Below, piece after piece: positions 1-12,189 of a stretch of 64,000 nt of DNA. A program made the translations under genes and the position numbers. The DNA lies in contig CM121342.1 of the NCBI GenBank assembly GCA_051530055.1, forward strand, positions 6,323,489-6,387,488, read 5' to 3'. The first letter of the stretch is position 1. Each line of letters starts with the position of its first letter. Source of the stretch: Neoechinorhynchus agilis. Lineage: Eukaryota > Animalia > Acanthocephala. The notes under the pieces were generated by a model that saw only the letters and a list, made by a program, of their open reading frames with translations, was not told the DNA's origin and did no database searches.

Positions 1-2120
1 ATATCCACTCGCGAGGACGTCCGATATTTTTTATGCTGGATTTTAATTTTTTTGAAGACCGTCGCTTTTTATTCGGTTTTAAACAATAAGATATCCACTC
101 TCGAAACGTCCGATGTTTTATGCTGAATTTTAATTTTTTGAGGACTCCGTCGCTTTTTATTCGGTTTTAAACAATAAGATATCCACTCTCGAGAACGTCC
201 GATGTTTTTTATGCTGGATTTTAATTTTTTGAAGACCGTCGCTTCTGATTCGGTTTTAAACAATAAGATATCCACTCTCGAAAACGTCCGATGGTTTTTA
301 TGCTGGATTTTAATTTTTTGAGGACTCCGTCGCTTTTTATTCGGTTTTAAACAATAAGATATCCACTCGCGAGGACGTCCGATATTTTTTATGCTGGATT
401 TTAATTTTTTAGGACCGTCGCTTTTTATTCGGTTTTAAACAATAAGATATCCACTCGCGAGACGTCTGATGTTTTTTATGTTGGATTTTAATTTTTTTAG
501 GACTCCGTCGCTTTTTATTCGGTTTTAAACAATAAGATATTTACTCTCGAGAACGTCCGATGTTTTTTATGTTGGATTTAATTTTTTGAAGACTCCGTCG
601 CTTTTTATTCGATTTTAAACAATAAGATATCAACTCGCGAGGACGTCTGGTGTTTTTTATGCTGGATTTTAATTTTTTTAGGACTCCGTCGCTTTTTATT
701 CGGTTTTAAACAATAAGATATCCACTCTCGAGAACGTCCGATGTTTTTTATGCTGGATTTTAATTTTTTGAGGACTCCGTCGCTTTTTATTCGGTTTTAA
801 ACAATAAGATATTTACTCTGGAGAACGTCCGATGTTTTTCATGTTGAATTTTAATTTTTTTGAGGACTCCGTCGCTTTTTATTCGGTTTTAAACAATAAG
901 ATATCCACTCGCGAGAACGTCCGATGTTTTTTATGTTGGATTTTAATTTTTTTAGGACTCCGTCGCTTTTTATTCGGTTTTAAACAATAAGATATCCACT
1001 CGCGAGGACGTCCGATATTTTTTATGCTGGATTTTAATTTTTTGAAGACCGTCGCTTTTTATTCGGTTTTAAACAATAAGATATCCACTCTCGAAAACGT
1101 CCGATGTTTTTCATGCTGAATTTTAATTTTTTGAGGACTCCGTCGCTTTTTATTCGGTTTTAAACAATAAGATATCCACTCGCGAGGACGTCCGATATTT
1201 TTTATGCTGGATTTTAATTTTTTGAAGACCGTCGCTTCTGATTCGGTTTTAAACAATAAGATATCCACTCTCGAAAACGTCCGATGGTTTTTATGCTGGA
1301 TTTTAAGTTTTTGAGGACTCCGTCGCTTTTTATTCGGTTTTAAACAATAAGATATCCACTCGCGAGGACGTCCGATGTTTTTTATGCTGGATTTTAATTT
1401 TTTAGGATCCGTCGCTTTTTATTCGGTTTTAAACAATAAGATATCCACTCGCGAGGACGTCCGATGTTTTTATGCTGGATTTTAATTTTTTTAGGACTCC
1501 GTCGCTTTTTATTCGGTTTTAAACAATAAGATATTCACTCTCGAGAACGTCCGATGTTTTTTATGTTGGATTTTAATTTTTTGAGGACTCCGTCGCTTTT
1601 TATTCGGTTTTAAACAATAAGATATTTACTCTCGAGAACGTCCGATGTTTTTTATGCTGGATTTTAATTTTTTGAGGACTCGGTCGCTTTTTATACGGTT
1701 TTAAACAATAAGATATTTACTGTCGAGAACGTCCGATTTTTTTATGCTGGATTTTTGATTTTTTTAGGACTCCGTCGCTTTCTATTCGGTTTTAAACAAT
1801 AAGATATTCAGTCGCGAGAACGTCTGATGTTTTTTATGTTGGATTTTAATTTTTTGAGGACCCCGTCGCTTTTTATTCGGTTTTAAACAATAAGATATCC
1901 ACTCGCGAGAACGTCCGGTGTTTTTTATGTTGGATTTCAATTTTTTGAAGACTCCGTCGCTTCTGATTGGGGTTTAAACAATAACATATCCACTCGCGGG
2001 GACGTCGGGTTTTTTTATGCTGGATTTTAACCTTTTGAGGATTCTGTCGCTTTCTATTCGGTTTTAAACAATAAGATATCCACTCGCGAAGACGTCCGAT
2101 GTTTTTTATGCTGGATTTTT
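1..2120. repeat. Tandem satellite, ~90-bp monomer, ~23 copies, runs off the window start
   Basis: ATATCCACTC recurs at 1, 91, 181 and onward. Monomers differ by substitutions and homopolymer indels. ORFs 69..275 and 1059..1268 are repeat artefacts. Confidence 0.97.
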
Positions 2121-3286
2121 ATTCAAAAATTTCTATTTGCGATTAAAATGATCGGCTTTTACAAAAAGTGCATTATTTGAAAGAAAGTATTCTCAACGAA
2201 ACTTATTCGAATGGCATTATTTTACAATCTTTCTTAAAAATCACCCTTTGATATTTTTCTTAAGTTTTCCAAAGATTTAAAACCTTTAGAAGACTGAGTG
2301 AAAAGCTATTGTTTAAAGCGGGTTGATATCCTAAATTGCGTCCTCCAAATATCTGGCCCTTCGTGGGTAATCTCGGTCTTTGAAGTTCTTTTATAAAATA
2401 TCCTTTTTTCATTCACTATTCTTTAGAAGCAAAATTTAATTTTCAAGATTTAAAAAGGAAAATTTTATCTGAGCATTTCTGCCGGCATATTGAGTCAGTT
2501 ATTTCCTTTGAATTTTCATTGGCTGTATTATGCATTCAAAATTTTAAGTATCTCGAAAAACAGAAACGTGATATCTTCTCTTATTTGCCTTTAGTTTGAT
2601 CAGAGCAATAATCTATCATTCCTTATCTTTTATCTTATTTAGGAAAAATCATTATTTTTGCCTGTTTTTTCATTCGCGGCCATTTTATTGGAAACGTCGC
2701 GCCGCACACTTGGACGGAAATAAAGTAGATATTAATTTTAAAATTAGATCAATTCTCGGAGGTAAATAAATGGAAACCACTTTAATTAAAATTTAAAGTT
2801 TAAAACTATTTTTATGATATGATCATTAATGAAACGGAATTGAGAACATTGTATATGAGCACTTTCTTTTCAACGACGCAAATTTTTTCTTAACAATAAC
2901 CCAATAGTAATTCGGCGATAAGAAACCAGTCTTAAAATTCTTCAAAGCATGTTCGGTCGAGATTTGTGTACTTTCAACGAGTATTGAAGCTTCGACATAA
3001 ATTATCTTGAAATTTAGTGTAGTTTTCAAGTTACAAAATATAGCTCGACAACAATTTTCTAAAGACGCTGAAGTTTCAATTTAGATGATTAAAAAAACTT
3101 ACGATAAAGCATTCTTTATTTACATCATAATAATGTAACAATCACGATATCTGATTTGAGTAGCCAGAAATATAACTAGTATATGAGTGGTCTAATTAAG
3201 ACGCTGATTGGCCAGTCCATGTGCGCATGTCAGTATGTAAACGTTCATTATGTTTTTTTCCATAAAGAGCCGCATTAATTAACGTT

Positions 3287-3873
3287 TTAGACAACGAAGA
3301 AGAAAGTTTGTACAATGCGAGCTTTTATCAAGTCGTGTAAATTATTTGATTTGGCCTATTATCTTCAAATTTTCTTTTTCTTGAACTTGTCAATTTGTTC
3401 TTTTTTCTATGTCGTTCCAAACAGTCGCAATTTTCGTCAATCTGACAAATCCCAGCTTTTCGACACCGAAACTTTGAATTCGGCCAAACCTAAAAAATAT
3501 TGCACAAAATAAATTTTTTTTCGTAAAATAGCAATTAAAAACTAACCATAGATGTTCCATCTGATCCATAATTTATTCCGCATCCAATTTCGGCAATTTT
3601 GGATAAATGCGCAATATAATTGGTTGCCAATTTTAGTGTGTCCAATTTCGATAGTTTAGTATCACTTGGTACCCAAGGCAGAACTGTTCTTAAATTATGA
3701 AAGGCTTGACTTAGTACAGACATCCTTGCACGTTCCCTTGCGTTTGCGGCTTGCCGCTGATCTTTTGATATTCTTGATTTCTTAACGTTTTCAGTTTCAT
3801 CGAAATCTAAATTTTTATTGCGATAAAAACGGCCTTAAACATTGCTAATGGACCTACATTTGCATTGTTCCAT
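3287..3873 (-). CDS. TCF21/MSC: MyoR/musculin/TCF21-family bHLH transcription factor (2+ exons; start uncertain)
   Basis: Translation reads [52 protein letters not shown]; [16 protein letters not shown] is diagnostic of this family. A GT-AG intron follows, then an exon starting VWP, with stop at 3287. Confidence 0.9.
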
Positions 3874-5187
3874 TTAGAAAATTTTAATTGGAAAAAAGGG
3901 TGATGAATGTAAGCCTGAAATCCAAAAAAAAAGAAGAGAATAAAATAATTATATGTTGAAATAGCAGATGAAATGTTTCAAATCGAATAATTTCTACGCA
4001 CATATGCCTAAGCTCAATAAAATCTGTTGGCCATAGTGGGAAAATAGTGTAAAACATCAAAATCGCTCAAGAAACAGCACTGACTCAGCTGTGGGAGGGA
4101 AAGCGGAACATTTTCCGAAGACTAGTATATTATACCTACCATCACAGCTGTTGTGAAGGTATCCGAGCCAAACAATATCATCCAACCAGCTTACTCCTTT
4201 CGCAAAGCATTTACTTGTCAGTCCGCGACTTTATTGACAGATCACTTGGGCGGAATATTATCCCGTCTTAATTTGCATTCTGATATGTTTATAATAAAGA
4301 AAAGGGGTGGTTAGGGATGAATGGCAATTATTTTCATATATAATTGTGGATTTTTTACGATCATTGCGATAAAAAAAATAATTTATATTTAACACAATAC
4401 AATTGCTATGTGCTACAAAAAAAATTTAGTACTTTTTTAAGAGTCTTTAAGAAATATTCCTGGACGAATAAACGAATAGCGCAATGTTGCCAGTTTAAAT
4501 CTAATTCAAACATTAATTTAGTCAATGCGGGTTTTTCGAAAGATTAATAAAATATAGGCAGTGCACTTAAAATTTAAATCTTTTTAGTCTGCATAAGAAA
4601 ATTTGTTTGGATTTAAGAACCAATTGCTTTAAACATAAAATGATTTTGCCGAACAAAAAAAATTGCAGTTTAACGACTTTATCCGTCTTTTTTTTGAAGG
4701 ACAGTAAAATTATTGGCAAACTTGTATTATTTTCCCGTTTATTCGATTTTCGCATTTTCTAATAAAAACCGTAACTAAATTTTTAAAATCACGACACTCT
4801 CTCGGATTCTGTTGTGTTAATAACAGCACTGAATTTGTAAGACCGATTAACTATTAAACTTTCTAATAAATTAACCACTATTTCCTGAGGTAAACAACTG
4901 TCAAAATGCTTAGGATTGTGTCAATCGCATGCCTGGTATTATTCGCGGCATTTATGTGCATTTGCGTCGAATCAAAGCGAATGTATTTATATATTATGTT
5001 TAAAATGAATGTTCCAAATTTTGAGTTTTTCTTCGAATTAAATAAATAAACACCTATAATTATGAGACAATATTGTCTACTGACTTGTGTAGCATTCAAA
5101 CGCCTGGAGGGTTAGAAAGACCGTCGCGTGCGGTTTGGTTATTATTGATTATTCAAACTAATCAGACGGACATTTATTTCGCAAAAA

Positions 5188-8100
5188 TTAAAATTTATTA
5201 GTTCCGAATTGCTCCATTATTTCGTCTAAGCATTTATCCACAGCTCCAACACTCGCAGAAACAGCTTTGGTACCGAACCCATGAGTTAGTAAGTCAAAAC
5301 TTCTTGGCAAGCAGTTTGATTTGCGAGTTTGCTCTTTTGTTGGACAAAATTCCCCAATTGCGATCAGAAAAGAAGTTAAAACATGCCTAGTAAATGCGAA
5401 ATTCCAATTAAAAAAAACAAACTTAAAATGAACTTACTTGCAAGTGGTGATTTGTAATAGAATATCTGAACTGCCTGAAATTTTTCTCAATTCGTTGAAC
5501 ATGTTGTTTGCTATTTGCTTCGTTGGAAACTGTGTTTCGCACAATGACTTAAAATCATTTGCTAATTTTAAAGCCTCGGCTATTTAAATTTTTGGAATGA
5601 TTGCTTTTAAAAATTACAACTCACATTCGACCAAGGCAGTGAAACATGTCATTGGACACATTCTTCAACTATAATTCTCTACCCTTGCAGAGATTTTTAG
5701 AAAATCGCAATTTAAGTCGTTATTTAATATACTATTAAATATTAATCAAATCAAGAAGATCCTTCGGGCTGGTAAATATTGGATGGTAGGGCCTTTCATT
5801 TACTTCCAAACAATGACTGATGAGGCGGGGTATCCTCTTGCGAAATATTTCATAATAATAAAAGAATTATCCAAACTTTTAAATATGATATTGCGAGAAA
5901 TTTGTCTCAATTTTTTAAGAGAACACATTAATGACTAAAAAAGTGTGGACATTCTAAAAAATTTAAAAATTAGGAATAATACACATAAATAATTTTCTTA
6001 ACGTTCATTTTTCGTCATATGGACGGAATAAAAGCTCTCGTTAAATAATAATATAATTTTTCATAATGATTTTTTTGAAACAAGCTTAGAAAAAACAATT
6101 AAATATTCAGGTAGAGAAACTCTATGTGGCAAAATCTTTTTTTTCTAGAGATGATTAAAAATACATTTAAAGCGATCAAAACTACTAAAAAATATTTTCG
6201 TATATTCGTAAGCCTGATAGATTTATATTAATTCTACTTAAAACGTCTCCAAGTTTCGTTATTAGTATATTTTAGCTACACCATTAGCCACATTTGCCAT
6301 CATCCACTTATTGAAAAAATCAATATCAAGCTGAAGGTATAAAAATCCTGCATTTTTGCCTATGGTGAACCAAAACTGAAGAAATGTGTTGTAAAATAAT
6401 GATTTTTTGACCTTCAAATCTTCCAATCGGATAAAGGATTGCCCAAAGAAATTTCTATTTTCTGACAAACTAATAAAAGAGAATTATAGTTCTACGGCGC
6501 CCGGTTTGTACATAAACTCCAGCAGAAATAAGTTCTTCTCTTAATTTTTTCCCGCCTTCCTTGGACTTTGCTCTAAAAATGCAGTTAAAACTCGGCATTA
6601 ATCCTTTTTGAACGGATCCTGCATTTTTGCAGGAACCAAAACTGAAGAAATGTGTTGTAAAATAATGATTTTTTGACCTGCAAATCTTCCAATCGGATAA
6701 GGGATTGCCCAAAGAAATTTCTATTTTCTGACAAACTAATAAAAGAGAATTATAGTTCTACGGCGCCCGGTTTGTACATAAACTCCAGCAGAAATAAGTT
6801 CTTCTCTTAATTTTTTCCCGCCTTCCTTGGACTTTGCTCTAAAAATGCAGTTAAAACTCGGCATTAACCCATTTTGAACGGATCCTGCATTTTTGCAGGA
6901 ACCAAAACTGAAGAAATGTGTTGTAAAATAATGATTTTTTGACCTGCAAATCTTCCAATCGGATAAGGGATTGCCCAAAGAAATTTCTATTTTCTGACAA
7001 ACTAATAAAAGAGAATTATAGTTCTACGGCGCCCGGTTTGTACATAAACTCCAGCAGAAATAAGTTCTTCTCTTAATTTTTCCCGCCTTCCTTGGACTTT
7101 GCTCTAAAAATGCAGTTAAAACTCGGCATTAATCCTTTTTGAACGGATCCTGCATTTTTGCAGGAACCAAAACTGAAGAAATGTGTTGTAAAATAATGAT
7201 TTTTTGACCTGCAAATCTTCCAATCGGATAAGGGATTGCCCAAAGAAATTTCTATTTTCTGACAAACTAATAAAAGAGAATTATAGTTCTACGGCGCCCG
7301 GTTTGTACATAAACTCCAGCAGAAATAAGTTCTTCTCTTAATTTTTTCCCGCCTTCCTTGGACTTTGCTCTAAAAATGCAGTTAAAACTCGGCATTAACC
7401 CATTTTGAACGGATCCTGCATTTTTGCAGGAACAAAACTGAAGAAATGTGTTGTAAAATAATGATTTTTTGACCTGCAAATCTTCCAATCGGATAAAGGA
7501 TTGCCCAAAGAAATTTCTATTTTCTGACAAACTAATAAAGAGAATTATAGTTCTACGGCGCCCGGTTTGTACATAAACTCCAGCAGAAATAAGTTCTTCT
7601 CTTAATTTCCCGCCTTCCTTGGACTTTGCTCTAAAAATGCAGTTAAAACTCGGCATTAATCCTTTGAACGGATCCTGCATTTTTGCAGGAACCAAAACTG
7701 AAGAAATGTGTTGTAAAATAATGATTTTTTGACCTGCAAATCTTCCAATCGGATAAAGGATTGCCCAAAGAAATTTCTATTTTCTGACAAACTAATAAAA
7801 GAGAATTATAGTTCTACGGCGCCCGGTTTGTACATAAACTCCAGCAGAAATAAGTTCTTCTCTTAATTTTTTCCCGCCTTCCTTGGACTTTGCTCTAAAA
7901 ATGCAGTTAAAACTCGGCATTAATCCTTTTTGAACGGAAATGGGCAAACCTGCGAAGTATAGCACCAATAATGCTAGCGTTAAGGAATTCTGGAGGTCCT
8001 ACTCTCCTTTTGATCTCGTCAATTGGGACAGAATATTTTTGCGAACATCCAAGTAGGCATAGACGTCCACATACTTGATTCGGAAACCCCTCCACTCGTT

Positions 8101-8604
8101 CTCTTTTCAATAAGGCTCTACAGTTAGAATCGATTAACCAGTTGCTTTGACCTATAAATGGCTGTTAATACGTCAATTCGTATTAGATGCATACGATCAC
8201 ATTTCTTCAACAAATGTTCCGTCTTTTCAATCTAAATGTAAATGAGAATCCGAAAATTGAATTTATTTCCCAACCGTGTGGACACCATTTTCTTTTATTT
8301 GATTAGACTCTTGAGTATTAGAAAAATATCCATTGGGAGCGCTTGTGTCAGTTATTGTGCCATCGATTTGATTGTATAGATTGATTGGTTGAAAAGTGGG
8401 ATGGTGGTGATGAATTTGAGAAGAATCCGGAGGGGAGCAGATGCCATGCGGGAAAAGTGCTTGCTGATATCTATTTTGCACTTTATGTTGTGATCTATTA
8501 AATATCTCAAGTTGACAGTCATCCGACTGACTGAGACAATGCTTTGAGAAATGGCTTCGGGTCAGGAATGTGGAGGGAAAGCCGGCGTACCTGGAAGGGA
8601 CCAC
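5188..8604 (-). CDS. TFAP2: AP-2 family transcription factor (multi-exon; 5' end approximate)
   Basis: Exons encode [93 protein letters not shown] and [13 protein letters not shown], matching the AP-2 basic/helix-span-helix domain. Confidence 0.93.
5662..6490. other. Non-GT-AG insert with 14-bp inverted-repeat ends interrupting the AP-2 basic region
   Basis: AACTATAATTCTCT (5667-5680) is the reverse complement of AGAGAATTATAGTT (6478-6491). There is an AGAA/GAA direct repeat at the junctions. Removal restores GRRR-MCPMT. Confidence 0.7.
5813..5853 (+). ncRNA. Minimal type I hammerhead ribozyme (Penelope-type)
   Basis: ATGA-CTGATGA-G-GCGGGG-TATC-CTCTTGC-GAAA-TAT-T-TCAT: intact core, 4-bp stem I, GU-rich stem II, palindromic stem III (AUAU). 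Confidence 0.65.
6350..7940. repeat. ~266-bp tandem array (6 copies), each containing the AP-2 AKSK..GRRR exon and its acceptor
   Basis: GAATTATAGTTCTACGG occurs at 6481, 6747, 7013, 7278, 7542 and 7803; the copies are near-identical. Confidence 0.97.
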
Positions 8605-10210
8605 AATGATATGAGGAAGGGTTAAAACTCGACATTGAGTGCAGTAAGTTCTGTGGCGTGCCTCAAACCCTGCTGTCTTAAATGCTCTCCTAAAGCGTAA
8701 AAGCAGTTCAGCACTCTAAAATTTAATAGCGAACTCGGGATGCTTGCATTAATGAATTTGCCTAGAAGGCGACACTGGTAGGAGACTGAAGGTTCCGATT
8801 CATAAGCAAAGAACGGGTAATCGATCGAAAAGTATTAACTTCTCTAAATATATTAAGGGTGGCCGCTTTGAGAAATGCACGATCGATTTTAATTGCACAT
8901 TTTGAGTTCTGATTTTTGCATGGCTGTTTTTTTCGCGAAATTGCATGAATTTTTAGTCAATGGTCACAAAATAAATACTATTTCGGGTATTTTACAATCG
9001 AAAATTGTCTTTTAAGTTGTACGATAATACGTAATGAGTAAAAGAATGAATTTTGCGTTCCCAAGTTTTGCACAGTTTTATTTTAGGGCGAACATGATCT
9101 AATGCACTAATCTTCGGTCAACGTAATCCTGGAATTTTTGTGGGTTTTTACATTGGATTATATTTAATAAATGATCGTAGAAAATTTTAATATTAAATAA
9201 ATTAACAAAAAGAAATAAAACTCTTGTTCTAAGATTTAATTCATTTACTTCTTTGCGACGCAGCAAAATTACTCGATTGGCTACACAAATTGAAAAACAA
9301 CGAATGGTAGAATTACAAAATTCGCGTTTTATTAAATTCTTGCTGTCGCAACAAAAAGAAGAGCATCAGAAAAGATACTCGATTTTAATTATTCTACTAA
9401 TTAAGCTACAAAATGCAGACGGTCTTACTTTTAATCAGTATCTTATCAATAAATACTCGTGCAATGAAACGATTTCGTTTTTTTTTGACTCAAAGCTCAG
9501 GTTTCGCAACGATATATAATAAAATATTATTAATTTGTGTACGATTGATGTAATAGTTTAATAAAAAGACGTGTCGACTGTGGAAGGACTGTGACAAATC
9601 ACAGATAACTAGAAAAAGGGAGCTTGTGGGATTATTTATCTCGAATATATGTATTTAACATTACTGGTAAAATATGGTGAAGAAAATAAGAACTGAGAAA
9701 TTCAATTTTATTGTGAATTTTCGGCCTTAGCGTAGGCCTTATTCAGACTATTGTTTGCAAGTTTTCTCAACTGTGAATAATTCAGGAAGCTGAGCAAAGA
9801 TAAAAGCACACGATGAAGGGAGCAGTTTTCGTGCAAGGATTTCACACAATGTCTTGATGTTTTTAGACAAAGTTCGAAAAGATACTGCATTCTACGGCAA
9901 TATTCGCAATCTTGTGAAAAATCTTTATAATCCAGCAGCTCGAAAATCAATATCAATGTAGACTAATACAATCTAAAATCCTTTGAAAAAAGTCAAAAAA
10001 TGCGTAGGAATATCACGAGGATTCAACCTGAAATGCTTCTAAATCGGATGTGACTTTGAAAACAAACTAAGTGTCATTTCTACGAAGAAGTTCTTAAAAT
10101 TGAGAGCCAACTGTTCCAAGCGTGTGAACATTTTCTAATAATACAACCGAAAAACCGTAACCAAGGTGATTGATTTGCACTTGCGATTACTTAAATCAGT
10201 AACACTTGTG

Positions 10211-11113
10211 ATGGGATCTTGCACCTCTCGGCAAAAACACAGTGATTTGATTGATAGTCGTATAAAGAAGCTACCATCTAAGATAAAACCATTTATAATT
10301 CCAATTTGGAGAGACCAGGATATTCTTGAACTAGTTTTAGAGCTCAAATGTCCAATTGTTGTATTTTACAGCGGTCCTCGTTTTAACAACCGGGAAGTCG
10401 AAAGGCACATTCGATATTATCAAGATAAATACGTATTTAGCGCTTATCGGTCGTTTGAATCGAATCCACCGAGTTTAATCATGGCGAACGAATCAATTCC
10501 TTGCGTTGTTTTGTACGCTAATTGGATTTCAACGAACGACCGTCGAAGTGCTGTTCGTTTAGAAAAAGATAATCGGGCAAACATTGATCTTTTGGACTCG
10601 ATGTTTGGACTCTTTGAAGCTTTTGAGTTTCCTGATTGGTGGACTGTTACGGATGAAGAAAACGCCGATTACCGGATTCCTGATAGAAATTGCTGCCTTG
10701 TCATTGAAACACTTAAGCCGCTTTCTTTTATTAGCCAAATGATATGCAATCAACTTTGCTCGTTTCGCGGTCATTTACACATCATTTTAATTCAAACTCA
10801 GAGATCTTTTCCGGCTGAAACCTTGTGTCGATTCTATGAAAACGGCAGGAAAATCAAAGAACAGGAACCGAACATGGATTTCAATCGCTTTATTGATTTG
10901 ATCAAAGAATACATGACGATTAAGTTAACGCCTCCTAAATCTATAGATTCAGAAAGGCAACGATCAAATCGAATAGAAATCGATCGTAATTATGCTTTTA
11001 TTGAAGTATCGGACAAACCTGGAGATGCAGAAACGTTCCATGGAATCTATGTAACACCAAGAGGAATCGGTGTTATGCGTGATAAAATAAGAGGAACATT
11101 TGCTTTAAAGTGA
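10211..11113 (+). CDS. Intronless ~300-aa protein of unknown family with N-terminal MGSCTS acylation motif
   Basis: Long open frame (ORF 10166..11113; first ATG at 10211) in AT-rich DNA with globular-protein composition. Confidence 0.75.
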   Translation: MGSCTSRQKHSDLIDSRIKKLPSKIKPFIIPIWRDQDILELVLELKCPIVVFYSGPRFNNREVERHIRYYQDKYVFSAYRSFESNPPSLIMANESIPCVVLYANWISTNDRRSAVRLEKDNRANIDLLDSMFGLFEAFEFPDWWTVTDEENADYRIPDRNCCLVIETLKPLSFISQMICNQLCSFRGHLHIILIQTQRSFPAETLCRFYENGRKIKEQEPNMDFNRFIDLIKEYMTIKLTPPKSIDSERQRSNRIEIDRNYAFIEVSDKPGDAETFHGIYVTPRGIGVMRDKIRGTFALK

Positions 11114-12189
11114 TTTTCTTGATGATGAGATTAAAAGAAAGCTATAATGCTTAGAAGTTTTTAATTATTCGCCAAAATCTAGTTGGACTGCATTGATGTG
11201 GTCAACTAACAAATTTTTAACATGAGCACAAACGATCGTTGTGTAAGCGGATAAAAATCATTGATCAATACGTGTGCCAATAAAAGATACTTGGCATCAA
11301 ATTAAGAATTATCTTCAGTGTTTTTATCAATGATTTTGGTAGCTCTTACTGATTTCCGTACTTTTTATATTATTTACAGAAAAATGATTAACTTCATCTC
11401 TAATCCACAAAATACTAACGAACTACGATCCGCTCATTTAAGCGCGTTATTATAAACTGATTTTCCAGCCAACTCTGCACTGATATCAATAGTCCAGAAA
11501 TTATAGTCTTTTACAATTTTGAACTTCTTCACGCTTACATTTGGCCTGAAAATCGGTTAAACTTTGATCTCCGGCTCTTTTATAATCCAATACCGTCCTT
11601 AATAAGAGTTCAAAATTCACTAAACTGAACCTATCGTCATAGTTTTTCTACATTCAACTTCCTAGCTGAAATTTCCATTTACTCGTAACATTCATAGTGT
11701 AATGTTGTAAAGAAGTTATGGAAATATAAATTTTTGTTGTTTTGGTGATTTTTGAATGATCACATTCTCCAAGGATGCATTTGGTTAATTTATTTAAAGA
11801 GTAAGGACATCATTTTGAAGTCGGAGAATTGATGAAAGAGCAATTAGAAAATGCTTCACTTGATTCTTAAAAAAATTGATTTTAAAAGTTGACCGATGAA
11901 TTTTGATGAATGCATCAATTTCTAAAATTCAAAAAAATCAGTGGACATTGGACTAATGGTGCAAAAAACAAATTATGTGTCCGTGAGCGAATCAGGACTA
12001 AATCCATTAGCATTCTTGGCTCGTTCACTTTTTCTCCCGACAAAAAACCTTTGAATTGTCTACTTGACGAACTTATAATCGGTTTAAACTTAAGGTTTTT
12101 TTTGTGAAGAATAGCATTTTACACGTTCGTCTTTCACCATTCATTGAAGTCCATTGTCTCGCCCTCTCTTCTATACGTAAATAGAAGTA

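Noticed and set aside
1-2120. Arrays here and at 54950-59660 and 61380-62100 as CRISPR loci or repeat proteins
   Set aside because: They have no unique spacers and no cas genes, and the context is eukaryotic. The ORFs are multi-frame by-products of satellites.
3831-3873. In-frame TAA upstream of the bHLH, suggesting stop-codon reassignment
   Set aside because: It lies in a non-conserved N-terminus next to an AG acceptor and can be removed by a short GT-AG intron. The long ITPR and ALG9 exons read through without needing TAA/TAG recoding.
4087-4151. Two CAGCTG E-boxes upstream of the bHLH gene as autoregulatory sites
   Set aside because: Hexamers are expected by chance and no conservation data are available.
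9708-9956. Minus-strand 82-aa ORF and other short ORFs antisense to genes
   Set aside because: No recognisable motifs or consistent splice structure; most are shadows of real exons or chance ORFs.
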